A DNA stretch of 64,000 nucleotides from Eledone cirrhosa (taxonomy: Eukaryota): assembly GCA_964016885.1 (NCBI GenBank), contig CAXHJY010000397.1:198047-262046 (forward strand), in the 5' to 3' direction. Position numbers and translations under genes: made by a program. Below, in pieces: positions 42,810-53,830 of the stretch (its first letter is position 1; each line of letters opens with the position of its first letter). Under the pieces are notes generated by a model, which saw only the letters and a program-made list of their open reading frames with translations, was not told the origin of the DNA and did no database searches.

Positions 42810-45800
42810 TAGCTTAGCTTAGGATAGCTTAGCTTAAGATAGCTTAGGATAGCTTAGCGTAGGATAGCTTAGCTTAGGATAGCTTAGCTTAGCTTAGCTT
42901 AGGATAGCTTAGCTTGGGATAGCTTAGGATAGCTTAGCTTAGGATAGCTTAGGATAGCTTAGCTTAGCTTAGCTTAGGATAGCTTACCTTAGCTTAGGAT
43001 AGATTAGCTTAGCTTAGCTTAGGATAGCTTAGCTTAGCTTAGGATAGCTTAGCTTAGCTTAGCTTAGGATAGCTTAGCTTAGGATAGCTTAGCTTAGGAT
43101 AGCTTAGCTTAGGATAGCTTAGCTTAGGATAGCTTAGCTTAGGTAGCTTAGCTTAGGTTAGCTTAGCTTAGCTTAGCTTAGGATAGCTTAGCTTAGGATA
43201 GCTTAGGATAGCTTAGCTTAGCTTAGCTTAGGATAGCTTAGCTTAGCTTAGCTTAGGATAGCTTAGCTTAGCTTAGGATAGCTTAGCTTAGCTTAGCTTA
43301 GGATAGCTTAGCTTAGCTTAGCTTAGGATAGCTTAGCTTAGCTTAGCTTAGGATAGCTTAGCTTAGCTTAGTTTAGGATAGCTTAGGTTAGGATAGCTTA
43401 GCTTAGCTTAGCTTAGGATAGCTTAGCTTAGCTTAGCTTAGCTTAGGATAGCTTAGCTTAGCTTAGCTTAGGATAGCTTAGCTTAGCTTAGGATAGCTTA
43501 GCTTAGCTTAGCTTAGGATAGCTTAGCTTAGCTTAGCTTAGGATAGCTTAGCTTAGCTTAGCTTAGGATAGCTTAGCTTGGCTTAGCTTAGGATAGCTTA
43601 GCTTAGCTTGGCTTAGGATAGCCTAGCTTAGCTTAGCTTAGGATGGCTTAGCTTAGCTTAGCTTAGGATAGCTTAGCTTAGCTTAGCTTAGCTTAGTTTA
43701 GGATAGCTTAGCTTAGCTTAGCTTAGGATAGCTTAGGATAGCTTAGCTTAGGATAGCTTAGGATAGCTTAGCTTAGGATAGCTTAGGATAGCTTAGCTTA
43801 GGATAGCTTAGCTTAGGATAGATTAGCTTAGGATAGCTTATGATAGCTTAGCTTAGGATAGCTTAGGATAGCTTAGGATAGCTTAGCTTAGGATAGCTTA
43901 GCTTAGGATAGCTTAGGAAAGCTTAGCTTAGCTTAGCTTAGGATAGCTTAGCTTAGCTTAGGATAGCTTAGCTTAGCTTAGCTTAGCTTAGGATAGCTTA
44001 GCTTAGCTTAGCTTAGGATAGCTTAGGATAGCTTAGCTTAGGATAACTTAGGATAGCTTAGCTTAGGATAGCTTAGGATAGCTTAGCTTAGGATAGCTTA
44101 GCTTAGGATAGCTTAGCTTAGCTTAGCTTAGCTTAGGATAGCTTAGGATAGCTTAGGATAGCTTAGCTTAGGATAGCTTAGCTTAGGATAGCTTAGGATA
44201 GCTTAGCTTAGCTTAGCTTAGGATAGCTTAGCTTAGCTTAGCTTAGGATAGCTTAGCTTAGCTTTGCTTAGGATAGCTTAGCTTAGGATAGCTTAGGATA
44301 GCTTAGCTTAGCATAGCTTAGGATAGCTTAGCTTAGGATAGCTTAGCTTAGGATAGCTTAGGATAGCTTAGCTTAGGATAGCTTAGGATAGCTTAGCTTA
44401 GGATAGCTTAGCTTAGGATAGCTTAGCTTAGGATAGCTTAGGATAGCTTAGCTTAGGATAGCTTAGCTTAGGATAGCTTAGGATAGCTTAGCTTAGCTTA
44501 GGATAGCTTAGCTTAGCTTAGCTTATGATAGCTTAGCTTAGCTTAGCTTAGCTTAGGATAGCTTAGCTTAGCTTAGCTTAGGATAGCTTAGGATAGCTTA
44601 GCTTAGGATAGCTTAGCTTAGCTTAGCTTAGGATAGCTTAGGATAGCTTAGCTTAGGATAGCTTAGGATAGCTTAGCTTAGGATAGCTTAGCTTAGGATA
44701 GCTTAGCTTAGCTTAGCTTAGGAGAGCTTAGCTTAGGAAAGCTTAGGATAGCTTAGCTTAGGATAGCTTAGCTTAGGATAGCTTAGGATAGCTTAGCTTA
44801 GCTTTGCTTAGGATAGCTTAGCTTAGCTTAGCTTAGGATAGCTTAGCTTAGCTTAGGATAGCTTAGCTTAGCTTACCTTAGGATAGCTTAGCTTAGCTTA
44901 GCTTAGGATAGCTTAGCTTAGCTTAGCTTAGGATAGCTTAGCTTAGCTTAGGATAGCTTAGCTTAGCTTAGCTTAGGATAGCTTAGCTTAGGATAGCTTA
45001 GCTTAGGTTAGCTTAGCTTAGCTTAGCTTAGGATAGCTTAGGATAGCTTAGCTTAGCTTAGCTTAGGATAGCTTAGCTTAGCTTAGGATAGCTTAGCTTA
45101 GGATAGCTTAGCATAGCTTAGCTTAGCTTAGCTTAGCTTAGGATAGCTTAGCTTAGCTTAGCTTAGGATAGCTTAGCTTAGCTTAGGATAGCTTAGCTTA
45201 GCTTAGCTTAGGATAGCTTAGGATAGCTTAGGATAGCTTAGGATAGCTTAGCTTAGGATAGCTTAGCTTAGCTTAGCTTAGGATAGCTTAGCTTAGCTTA
45301 GCTTAGGATAGCTTAGCTTAGCTTAGGATAGCTTAGCTTAGCTTAGCTTAGGATAGCTTAGCTTAGCTTAGCTTAGGATAGCTTAGCTTAGCTTAGCTTA
45401 GGTTAGCTTAGCTTAGCTTAACTTAGGATAGCTTAGCTTAGCTTAGCTTAGCTTAGGATAGCTTAGCTTAGCTTAGGATAGCTTAGCTTAGCTTAGCTTA
45501 GGATAGCTTAGCTTAGCTTAGGATAGCTTAGCTTAGCTTAGCTTAGGAGAGCTTAGCTTAGCTTAGCTTAGGATAGCTTAGCTTAGCTTAGCTTAGGATA
45601 GCTTAGCTTAGCTTAGCTTAGGATAGCTTAGCTTAGCTTAGGATAGCTTAGCTTAGCTTAGCTTAGGATAGCTTAGGATAGCTTAGGATAGCTTAGGATA
45701 GCTTAGCTTAGGATAGCTTAGCTTAGCTTAGCTTAGGATAGCTTAGCTTAGCTTAGCTTAGGATAGCTTAGCTTAGCTTAGGATAGCTTAGCTTAGCTTA

Positions 45801-48640
45801 GCTTAGGATAGCTTAGCTTAGGATAGCTTAGCTTAAGATAGCTTAGGATAGCTTAGCGTAGGATAGCTTAGCTTAGGATAGCTTAGCTTAGCTTAGCTTA
45901 GGATAGCTTAGCTTGGGATAGCTTAGGATAGCTTAGCTTAGGATAGCTTAGGATAGCTTAGCTTAGCTTAGCTTAGGATAGCTTACCTTAGCTTAGGATA
46001 GATTAGCTTAGCTTAGCTTAGGATAGCTTAGCTTAGCTTAGGATAGCTTAGCTTAGCTTAGCTTAGGATAGCTTAGCTTAGGATAGCTTAGCTTAGGATA
46101 GCTTAGCTTAGGATAGCTTAGCTTAGGATAGCTTAGCTTAGGTAGCTTAGCTTAGGTTAGCTTAGCTTAGCTTAGCTTAGGATAGCTTAGCTTAGGATAG
46201 CTTAGGATAGCTTAGCTTAGCTTAGCTTAGGATAGCTTAGCTTAGCTTAGCTTAGGATAGCTTAGCTTAGCTTAGGATAGCTTAGCTTAGCTTAGCTTAG
46301 GATAGCTTAGCTTAGCTTAGCTTAGGATAGCTTAGCTTAGCTTAGCTTAGGATAGCTTAGCTTAGCTTAGTTTAGGATAGCTTAGGTTAGGATAGCTTAG
46401 CTTAGCTTAGCTTAGGATAGCTTAGCTTAGCTTAGCTTAGCTTAGGATAGCTTAGCTTAGCTTAGCTTAGGATAGCTTAGCTTAGCTTAGGATAGCTTAG
46501 CTTAGCTTAGCTTAGGATAGCTTAGCTTAGCTTAGCTTAGGATAGCTTAGCTTAGCTTAGCTTAGGATAGCTTAGCTTGGCTTAGCTTAGGATAGCTTAG
46601 CTTAGCTTGGCTTAGGATAGCCTAGCTTAGCTTAGCTTAGGATGGCTTAGCTTAGCTTAGCTTAGGATAGCTTAGCTTAGCTTAGCTTAGCTTAGTTTAG
46701 GATAGCTTAGCTTAGCTTAGCTTAGGATAGCTTAGGATAGCTTAGCTTAGGATAGCTTAGGATAGCTTAGCTTAGGATAGCTTAGGATAGCTTAGCTTAG
46801 GATAGCTTAGCTTAGGATAGATTAGCTTAGGATAGCTTATGATAGCTTAGCTTAGGATAGCTTAGGATAGCTTAGGATAGCTTAGCTTAGGATAGCTTAG
46901 CTTAGGATAGCTTAGGAAAGCTTAGCTTAGCTTAGCTTAGGATAGCTTAGCTTAGCTTAGGATAGCTTAGCTTAGCTTAGCTTAGCTTAGGATAGCTTAG
47001 CTTAGCTTAGCTTAGGATAGCTTAGGATAGCTTAGCTTAGGATAACTTAGGATAGCTTAGCTTAGGATAGCTTAGGATAGCTTAGCTTAGGATAGCTTAG
47101 CTTAGGATAGCTTAGCTTAGCTTAGCTTAGCTTAGGATAGCTTAGGATAGCTTAGGATAGCTTAGCTTAGGATAGCTTAGCTTAGGATAGCTTAGGATAG
47201 CTTAGCTTAGCTTAGCTTAGGATAGCTTAGCTTAGCTTAGCTTAGGATAGCTTAGCTTAGCTTTGCTTAGGATAGCTTAGCTTAGGATAGCTTAGGATAG
47301 CTTAGCTTAGCATAGCTTAGGATAGCTTAGCTTAGGATAGCTTAGCTTAGGATAGCTTAGGATAGCTTAGCTTAGGATAGCTTAGGATAGCTTAGCTTAG
47401 GATAGCTTAGCTTAGGATAGCTTAGCTTAGGATAGCTTAGGATAGCTTAGCTTAGGATAGCTTAGCTTAGGATAGCTTAGGATAGCTTAGCTTAGCTTAG
47501 GATAGCTTAGCTTAGCTTAGCTTATGATAGCTTAGCTTAGCTTAGCTTAGCTTAGGATAGCTTAGCTTAGCTTAGCTTAGGATAGCTTAGGATAGCTTAG
47601 CTTAGGATAGCTTAGCTTAGCTTAGCTTAGGATAGCTTAGGATAGCTTAGCTTAGGATAGCTTAGGATAGCTTAGCTTAGGATAGCTTAGCTTAGGATAG
47701 CTTAGCTTAGCTTAGCTTAGGAGAGCTTAGCTTAGGAAAGCTTAGGATAGCTTAGCTTAGGATAGCTTAGCTTAGGATAGCTTAGGATAGCTTAGCTTAG
47801 CTTTGCTTAGGATAGCTTAGCTTAGCTTAGCTTAGGATAGCTTAGCTTAGCTTAGGATAGCTTAGCTTAGCTTACCTTAGGATAGCTTAGCTTAGCTTAG
47901 CTTAGGATAGCTTAGCTTAGCTTAGCTTAGGATAGCTTAGCTTAGCTTAGGATAGCTTAGCTTAGCTTAGCTTAGGATAGCTTAGCTTAGGATAGCTTAG
48001 CTTAGGTTAGCTTAGCTTAGCTTAGCTTAGGATAGCTTAGGATAGCTTAGCTTAGCTTAGCTTAGGATAGCTTAGCTTAGCTTAGGATAGCTTAGCTTAG
48101 GATAGCTTAGCATAGCTTAGCTTAGCTTAGCTTAGCTTAGGATAGCTTAGCTTAGCTTAGCTTAGGATAGCTTAGCTTAGCTTAGGATAGCTTAGCTTAG
48201 CTTAGCTTAGGATAGCTTAGGATAGCTTAGGATAGCTTAGGATAGCTTAGCTTAGGATAGCTTAGCTTAGCTTAGCTTAGGATAGCTTAGCTTAGCTTAG
48301 CTTAGGATAGCTTAGCTTAGCTTAGGATAGCTTAGCTTAGCTTAGCTTAGGATAGCTTAGCTTAGCTTAGCTTAGGATAGCTTAGCTTAGCTTAGCTTAG
48401 GTTAGCTTAGCTTAGCTTAACTTAGGATAGCTTAGCTTAGCTTAGCTTAGCTTAGGATAGCTTAGCTTAGCTTAGGATAGCTTAGCTTAGCTTAGCTTAG
48501 GATAGCTTAGCTTAGCTTAGGATAGCTTAGCTTAGCTTAGCTTAGGAGAGCTTAGCTTAGCTTAGCTTAGGATAGCTTAGCTTAGCTTAGCTTAGGATAG
48601 CTTAGCTTAGCTTAGCTTAGGATAGCTTAGCTTAGCTTAG
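42810..48640. repeat. 2999 bp tandem duplication
   Basis: CTTAA 42833/45832, CGTAG 42858/45857, GTAG 43143/46142, CCTAG 43622/46621 and GAGAG 45547/48546, all at offset 2999. Confidence 0.9.
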
Positions 48641-48709
48641 CTTAGGATAGCTTAGCTTAGCTTAGCTTAGGATAGCTTAGCTTAGCTTAGGATAGCTTAG
48701 CTTAGCTTA

Positions 48710-51700
48710 GCTTAGGATAGCTTAGGATAGCTTACCTTAGGAGAGCTTAGCTTAGGATAGCTTAGCTTAGGATAGCTTAGGATAACTTAGCTTAGGATAG
48801 CTTAGCTTAGGATAGCTTAGCTTAGGATAGCTTAGCTTAGGATAGCTTAGGATAGCTTAGCTTAGCTTAGGATAGCTTAGCTTAGCTTAGGATAGCTTAG
48901 CTTAGCTTTGCTTAGGATAGCTTAGCTTAGCTTAGCTTAGGATAGCTTAGGATAGCTTAGCTTAGGATAGCTTAGGATAGCTTAGCTTAGGATAGCTTAG
49001 CTTAGGATAGCTTAGGATAGCTTAGCTTAGCTTAGCTTAGGTAGCTTAGCTTAGCTTTGGATAGCTTAGCTTAGCTTAGCTTAGCTTAGGATAGCTTAGC
49101 TTAGCTTAGGATAGCTTAGGATAGCTTAGCTTAGGATAGCTTAGGATAGCTTAGCTTAGGATAGCTTAGCTTAAGATAGCTTAGGATAGCTTAGCTTAGG
49201 ATAGCTTAGCTTAGGATAGCTTAGCTTAGCTTAGCTTAGGATAGCTTAGCTTGGGATAGCTTAGGATAGCTTAGCTTAGGATAGCTTAGCTTAGGATAGC
49301 TTAGGATAGCTTAGCTTAGCTTAGCTTAGGATAGCTTACCTTAGCTTAGGATAGATTAGCTTAGCTTAGCTTAGGATAGCTTAGCTTAGCTTAGGATAGC
49401 TTAGCTTAGCTTAGCTTAGGATAGCTTAGCTTAGGATAGCTTAGCTTAGGATAGCTTAGCTTAGGATAGCTTAGCTTAGGATAGCTTAGCTTAGGATAGC
49501 TTAGCTTAGCTTAGCTTAGGTTAGCTTAGCTTAGCTTAGCTTAGGATAGCTTAGCTTAGGATAGCTTAGCTTAGCTTAGCTTAGGATAGCTTAGCTTAGC
49601 TTAGCTTAGTATAGCTTAGCTTAGCTTAGCTTAGGATAGCTTAGCTTAGCTTAGCTTAGGATAGCTTAGCTTAGCTTAGGATAGCTTAGCTTAGCTTAGC
49701 TTAGGATAGCTTAGCTTAGCTTAGCTTAGGATAGCTTAGCTTAGCTTAGCTTAGGATAGCTTAGCTTAGCTTAGTTTAGGATAGCTTAGGTTAGGATAGC
49801 TTAGCTTAGCTTAGCTTAGGATAGCTTAGCTTAGCTTAGCTTAGCTTAGGATAGCTTAGCTTAGCTTAGCTTAGGATAGCTTAGCTTAGCTTAGGATAGC
49901 TTAGCTTAGCTTAGCTTAGGATAGCTTAGCTTAGCTTAGCTTAGGATAGCTTAGCTTAGCTTAGCTTAGGATAGCTTAGCTTAGCTTAGCTTAGGATAGC
50001 TTAGCTTAGCTTGGCTTAGGATAGCCTAGCTTAGCTTAGCTTAGGATAGCTTAGGATAGCTTACCTTAGGAGAGCTTAGCTTAGGATAGCTTAGCTTAGG
50101 ATAGCTTAGGATAACTTAGCTTAGGATAGCTTAGCTTAGGATAGCTTAGCTTAGGATAGCTTAGCTTAGGATAGCTTAGGATAGCTTAGCTTAGCTTAGG
50201 ATAGCTTAGCTTAGCTTTGCTTAGGATAGCTTAGCTTAGCTTAGCTTAGGATAGCTTAGGATAGCTTAGCTTAGGATAGCTTAGGATAGCTTAGCTTAGG
50301 ATAGCTTAGCTTAGGATAGCTTAGGATAGCTTAGCTTAGCTTAGCTTAGGATAGCTTAGCTTAGCTTAGCTTTGGATAGCTTAGCTTAGCTTAGCTTAGC
50401 TTAGGATAGCTTAGCTTAGCTTAGGATAGCTTAGGATAGCTTAGCTTAGGATAGCTTAGGATAGCTTAGCTTAGGATAGCTTAGCTTAAGATAGCATAGG
50501 ATAGCTTAGCTTAGGATAGCTTAGCTTAGGATAGCTTAGCTTAGCTTAGCTTAGGATAGCTTAGCTTGGGATAGCTTAGGATAGCTTAGCTTAGGATAGC
50601 TTAGCTTAGGATAGCTTAGGATAGCTTAGCTTAGCTTAGCTTAGGATAGCTTACCTTAGCTTAGGATAGATTAGCTTAGCTTAGCTTAGGATAGCTTAGC
50701 TTAGCTTAGGATAGCTTAGCTTAGCTTAGCTTAGGATAGCTTAGCTTAGGATAGCTTAGCTTAGGATAGCTTAGCTTAGGATAGCTTAGCTTAGGATAGC
50801 TTAGCTTAGGATAGCTTAGCTTAGCTTAGCTTAGGTTAGCTTAGCTTAGCTTAGCTTAGGATAGCTTAGCTTAGGATAGCTTAGGATAGCTTAGCTTAGC
50901 TTAGCTTAGGATAGCTTAGCTTAGCTTAGCTTAGTATAGCTTAGCTTAGCTTAGCTTAGGATAGCTTAGCTTAGCTTAGCTTAGGATAGCTTAGCTTAGC
51001 TTAGGATAGCTTAGCTTAGCTTAGCTTAGGATAGCTTAGCTTAGCTTAGCTTAGGATAGCTTAGCTTAGCTTAGCTTAGGATAGCTTAGCTTAGCTTAGT
51101 TTAGGATAGCTTAGGTTAGGATAGCTTAGCTTAGCTTAGCTTAGGATAGCTTAGCTTAGCTTAGCTTAGCTTAGGATAGCTTAGCTTAGCTTAGCTTAGG
51201 ATAGCTTAGCTTAGCTTAGGATAGCTTAGCTTAGCTTAGCTTAGGATAGCTTAGCTTAGCTTAGCTTAGGATAGCTTAGCTTAGCTTAGCTTAGGATAGC
51301 TTAGCTTAGCTTAGCTTAGGATAGCTTAGCTTAGCTTGGCTTAGGATAGCCTAGCTTAGCTTAGCTTAGGATGGCTTAGCTTAGCTTAGCTTAGGATAGC
51401 TTAGCTTAGCTTAGCTTAGCTTAGTTTAGGATAGCTTTGCTTAGCTTAGCTTAGGATAGCTTAGGATAGCTTAGCTTAGGATAGCTTAGGATAGCTTAGC
51501 TTAGGATAGCTTAGGATAGCTTAGCTTAGGATAGCTTAGCTTAGGATAGCTTAGCTTAGGATAGCTTATGATAGCTTAGCTTAGGATAGCTTAGGATAGC
51601 TTAGGATAGCTTAGCTTAGGATAGCTTAGCTTAGGATAGCTTAGGAAAGCTTAGCTTAGCTTAGCTTAGGATAGCTTAGCTTAGCTTAGGATAGCTTAGC

Positions 51701-53830
51701 TTAGCTTAGCTTAGCTTAGGATAGCTTAGCTTAGCTTAGCTTAGGATAGCTTAGGATAGCTTAGCTTAGGATAACTTAGGATAGCTTAGCTTAGGATAGC
51801 TTAGGATAGCTTAGCTTAGGATAGCTTAGCTTAGGATAGCTTAGCTTAGCTTAGCTTAGCTTAGGATAGCTTAGGATAGCTTAGGATAGCTTAGCTTAGG
51901 ATAGCTTAGCTTAGGATAGCTTAGGATAGCTTAGCTTAGCTTAGCTTAGGATAGCTTAGCTTAGCTTAGCTTAGGATAGCTTAGCTTAGCTTAGCTTAGC
52001 TTAGGATAGCTTAGCTTAGCTTAGCTTAGGATAGCTTAGGATAGCTTAGCTTAGGATAGCTTAGGATAGCTTAGCTTAGGATAGCTTAGGATAGCTTAGC
52101 TTAGGATAGCTTAGGATAGCTTAGCTTAGGATAGCTTAGGATAGCTTAGCTTAGGATAGCTTAGCTTAGGATAGCTTAGGATAGCTTAGCTTAGCTTAGC
52201 TTAGGATAGCTTAGCTTAGCTTAGCTTAGGATAGCTTAGCTTAGCTTAGCTTAGGATAGCTTAGCTTGGGATAGCTTAGGATAGCTTAGCTTAGGATAGC
52301 TTAGCTTAGGATAGCTTAGGATAGCTTAGCTTAGCTTAGCTTAGGATAGCTTACCTTAGCTTAGGATAGATTAGCTTAGCTTAGCTTAGGATAGCTTAGC
52401 TTAGCTTAGGATAGCTTAGCTTAGCTTAGCTTAGGATAGCTTAGCTTAGGATAGCTTAGCTTAGGATAGCTTAGCTTAGGATAGCTTAGCTTAGGATAGC
52501 TTAGCTTAGGATAGCTTAGCTTAGCTTAGGCTAGCTTAGCTTAGCTTAGCTTAGGATAGCTTAGCTTAGGATAGCTTAGGATAGCTTAGCTTAGCTTAGC
52601 TTAGGATAGCTTAGCTTAGCTTAGCTTAGTATAGCTTAGCTTAGCTTAGCTTAGGATAGCTTAGCTTAGCTTAGCTTAGGATAGCTTAGCTTAGCTTAGG
52701 ATAGCTTAGCTTAGCTTAGCTTAGGATAGCTTAGCTTAGCTTAGCTTAGGATAGCTTAGCTTAGCTTAGCTTAGGATAGCTTAGCTTAGCTTAGTTTAGG
52801 ATAGCTTAGGTTAGGATAGCTTAGCTTAGCTTAGCTTAGGATAGCTTAGCTTAGCTTAGCTTAGCTTAGGATAGCTTAGCTTAGCTTAGCTTAGGATAGC
52901 TTAGCTTAGCTTAGGATAGCTTAGCTTAGCTTAGCTTAGGATAGCTTAGCTTAGCTTGGCTTAGGATAGCCTAGCTTAGCTTAGCTTAGGATGGCTTAGC
53001 TTAGCTTAGCTTAGGATAGCTTAGCTTAGCTTAGCTTAGCTTAGTTTAGGATAGCTTAGCTTAGCTTAGCTTAGGATAGCTTAGGATAGCTTAGCTTAGG
53101 ATAGCTTAGGATAGCTTAGCTTAGGATAGCTTAGGATAGCTTAGCTTAGGATAGCTTAGCTTAGGATAGCTTAGCTTAGGATAGCTTATGATAGCTTAGC
53201 TTAGGATAGCTTAGGATAGCTTAGGATAGCTTAGCTTAGGATAGCTTAGCTTAGGATAGCTTAGGAAAGCTTAGCTTAGCTTAGCTTAGGATAGCTTAGC
53301 TTAGCTTAGGATAGCTTAGCTTAGCTTAGCTTAGCTTAGGATAGCTTAGCTTAGCTTAGCTTAGGATAGCTTAGGATAGCTTAGCTTAGGATAACTTAGG
53401 ATAGCTTAGCTTAGGATAGCTTAGGATAGTTTAGCTTAGGATAGCTTAGCTTAGGATAGCTTAGCTTAGCTTAGCTTAGCTTAGGATAGCTTAGGATAGC
53501 TTAGGATAGCTTAGCTTAGGATAGCTTAGCTTAGGATAGCTTAGGATAGCTTAGCTTAGCTTAGCTTAGGATAGCTTAGCTTAGCTTAGCTTAGGATAGC
53601 TTAGCTTAGCTTAGCTTAGCTTAGGATAGCTTAGCTTAGCTTAGCTTAGGATAGCTTAGGATAGCTTAGCTTAGGATAGCTTAGGATAGCTTAGCTTAGG
53701 ATAGCTTAGGATAGCTTAGCTTAGGATAGCTTAGCTTAGGATAGCTTAGGATAGCTTAGCTTAGCTTAGCTTAGGATAGCTTAGCTTAGCTTAGCTTAGG
53801 ATAGCTTAGCTTAGCTTAGCTTAGGATAGC
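48710..53830. repeat. Overlapping approximately 1.33 kb and 1.6-1.7 kb tandem duplications
   Basis: CTTAC 48731/50060 (1329) and CCTAG 50025/51350 (1325); CTTGG 50565/52265 and CTTAC 50650/52350 (1700); GATGG 51370/52990 (1620). Confidence 0.78.

Larger units (their letters stand above)
20870..44330. repeat. Duplication with ~9.7 kb offset whose second copy carries an internal 5.58 kb expansion
   Basis: CTTCG 21299/30999 and CCTAG-GTAG 22249/31949 (offset 9700); CTTAC 23962/33672 (9710). After the expansion: CTTAC 27141/42408, GATAA 27191/42458, CTTTG 27296/42563 and 27451/42718, CTTAA 27566/42833 (offset 15267). Confidence 0.82.
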
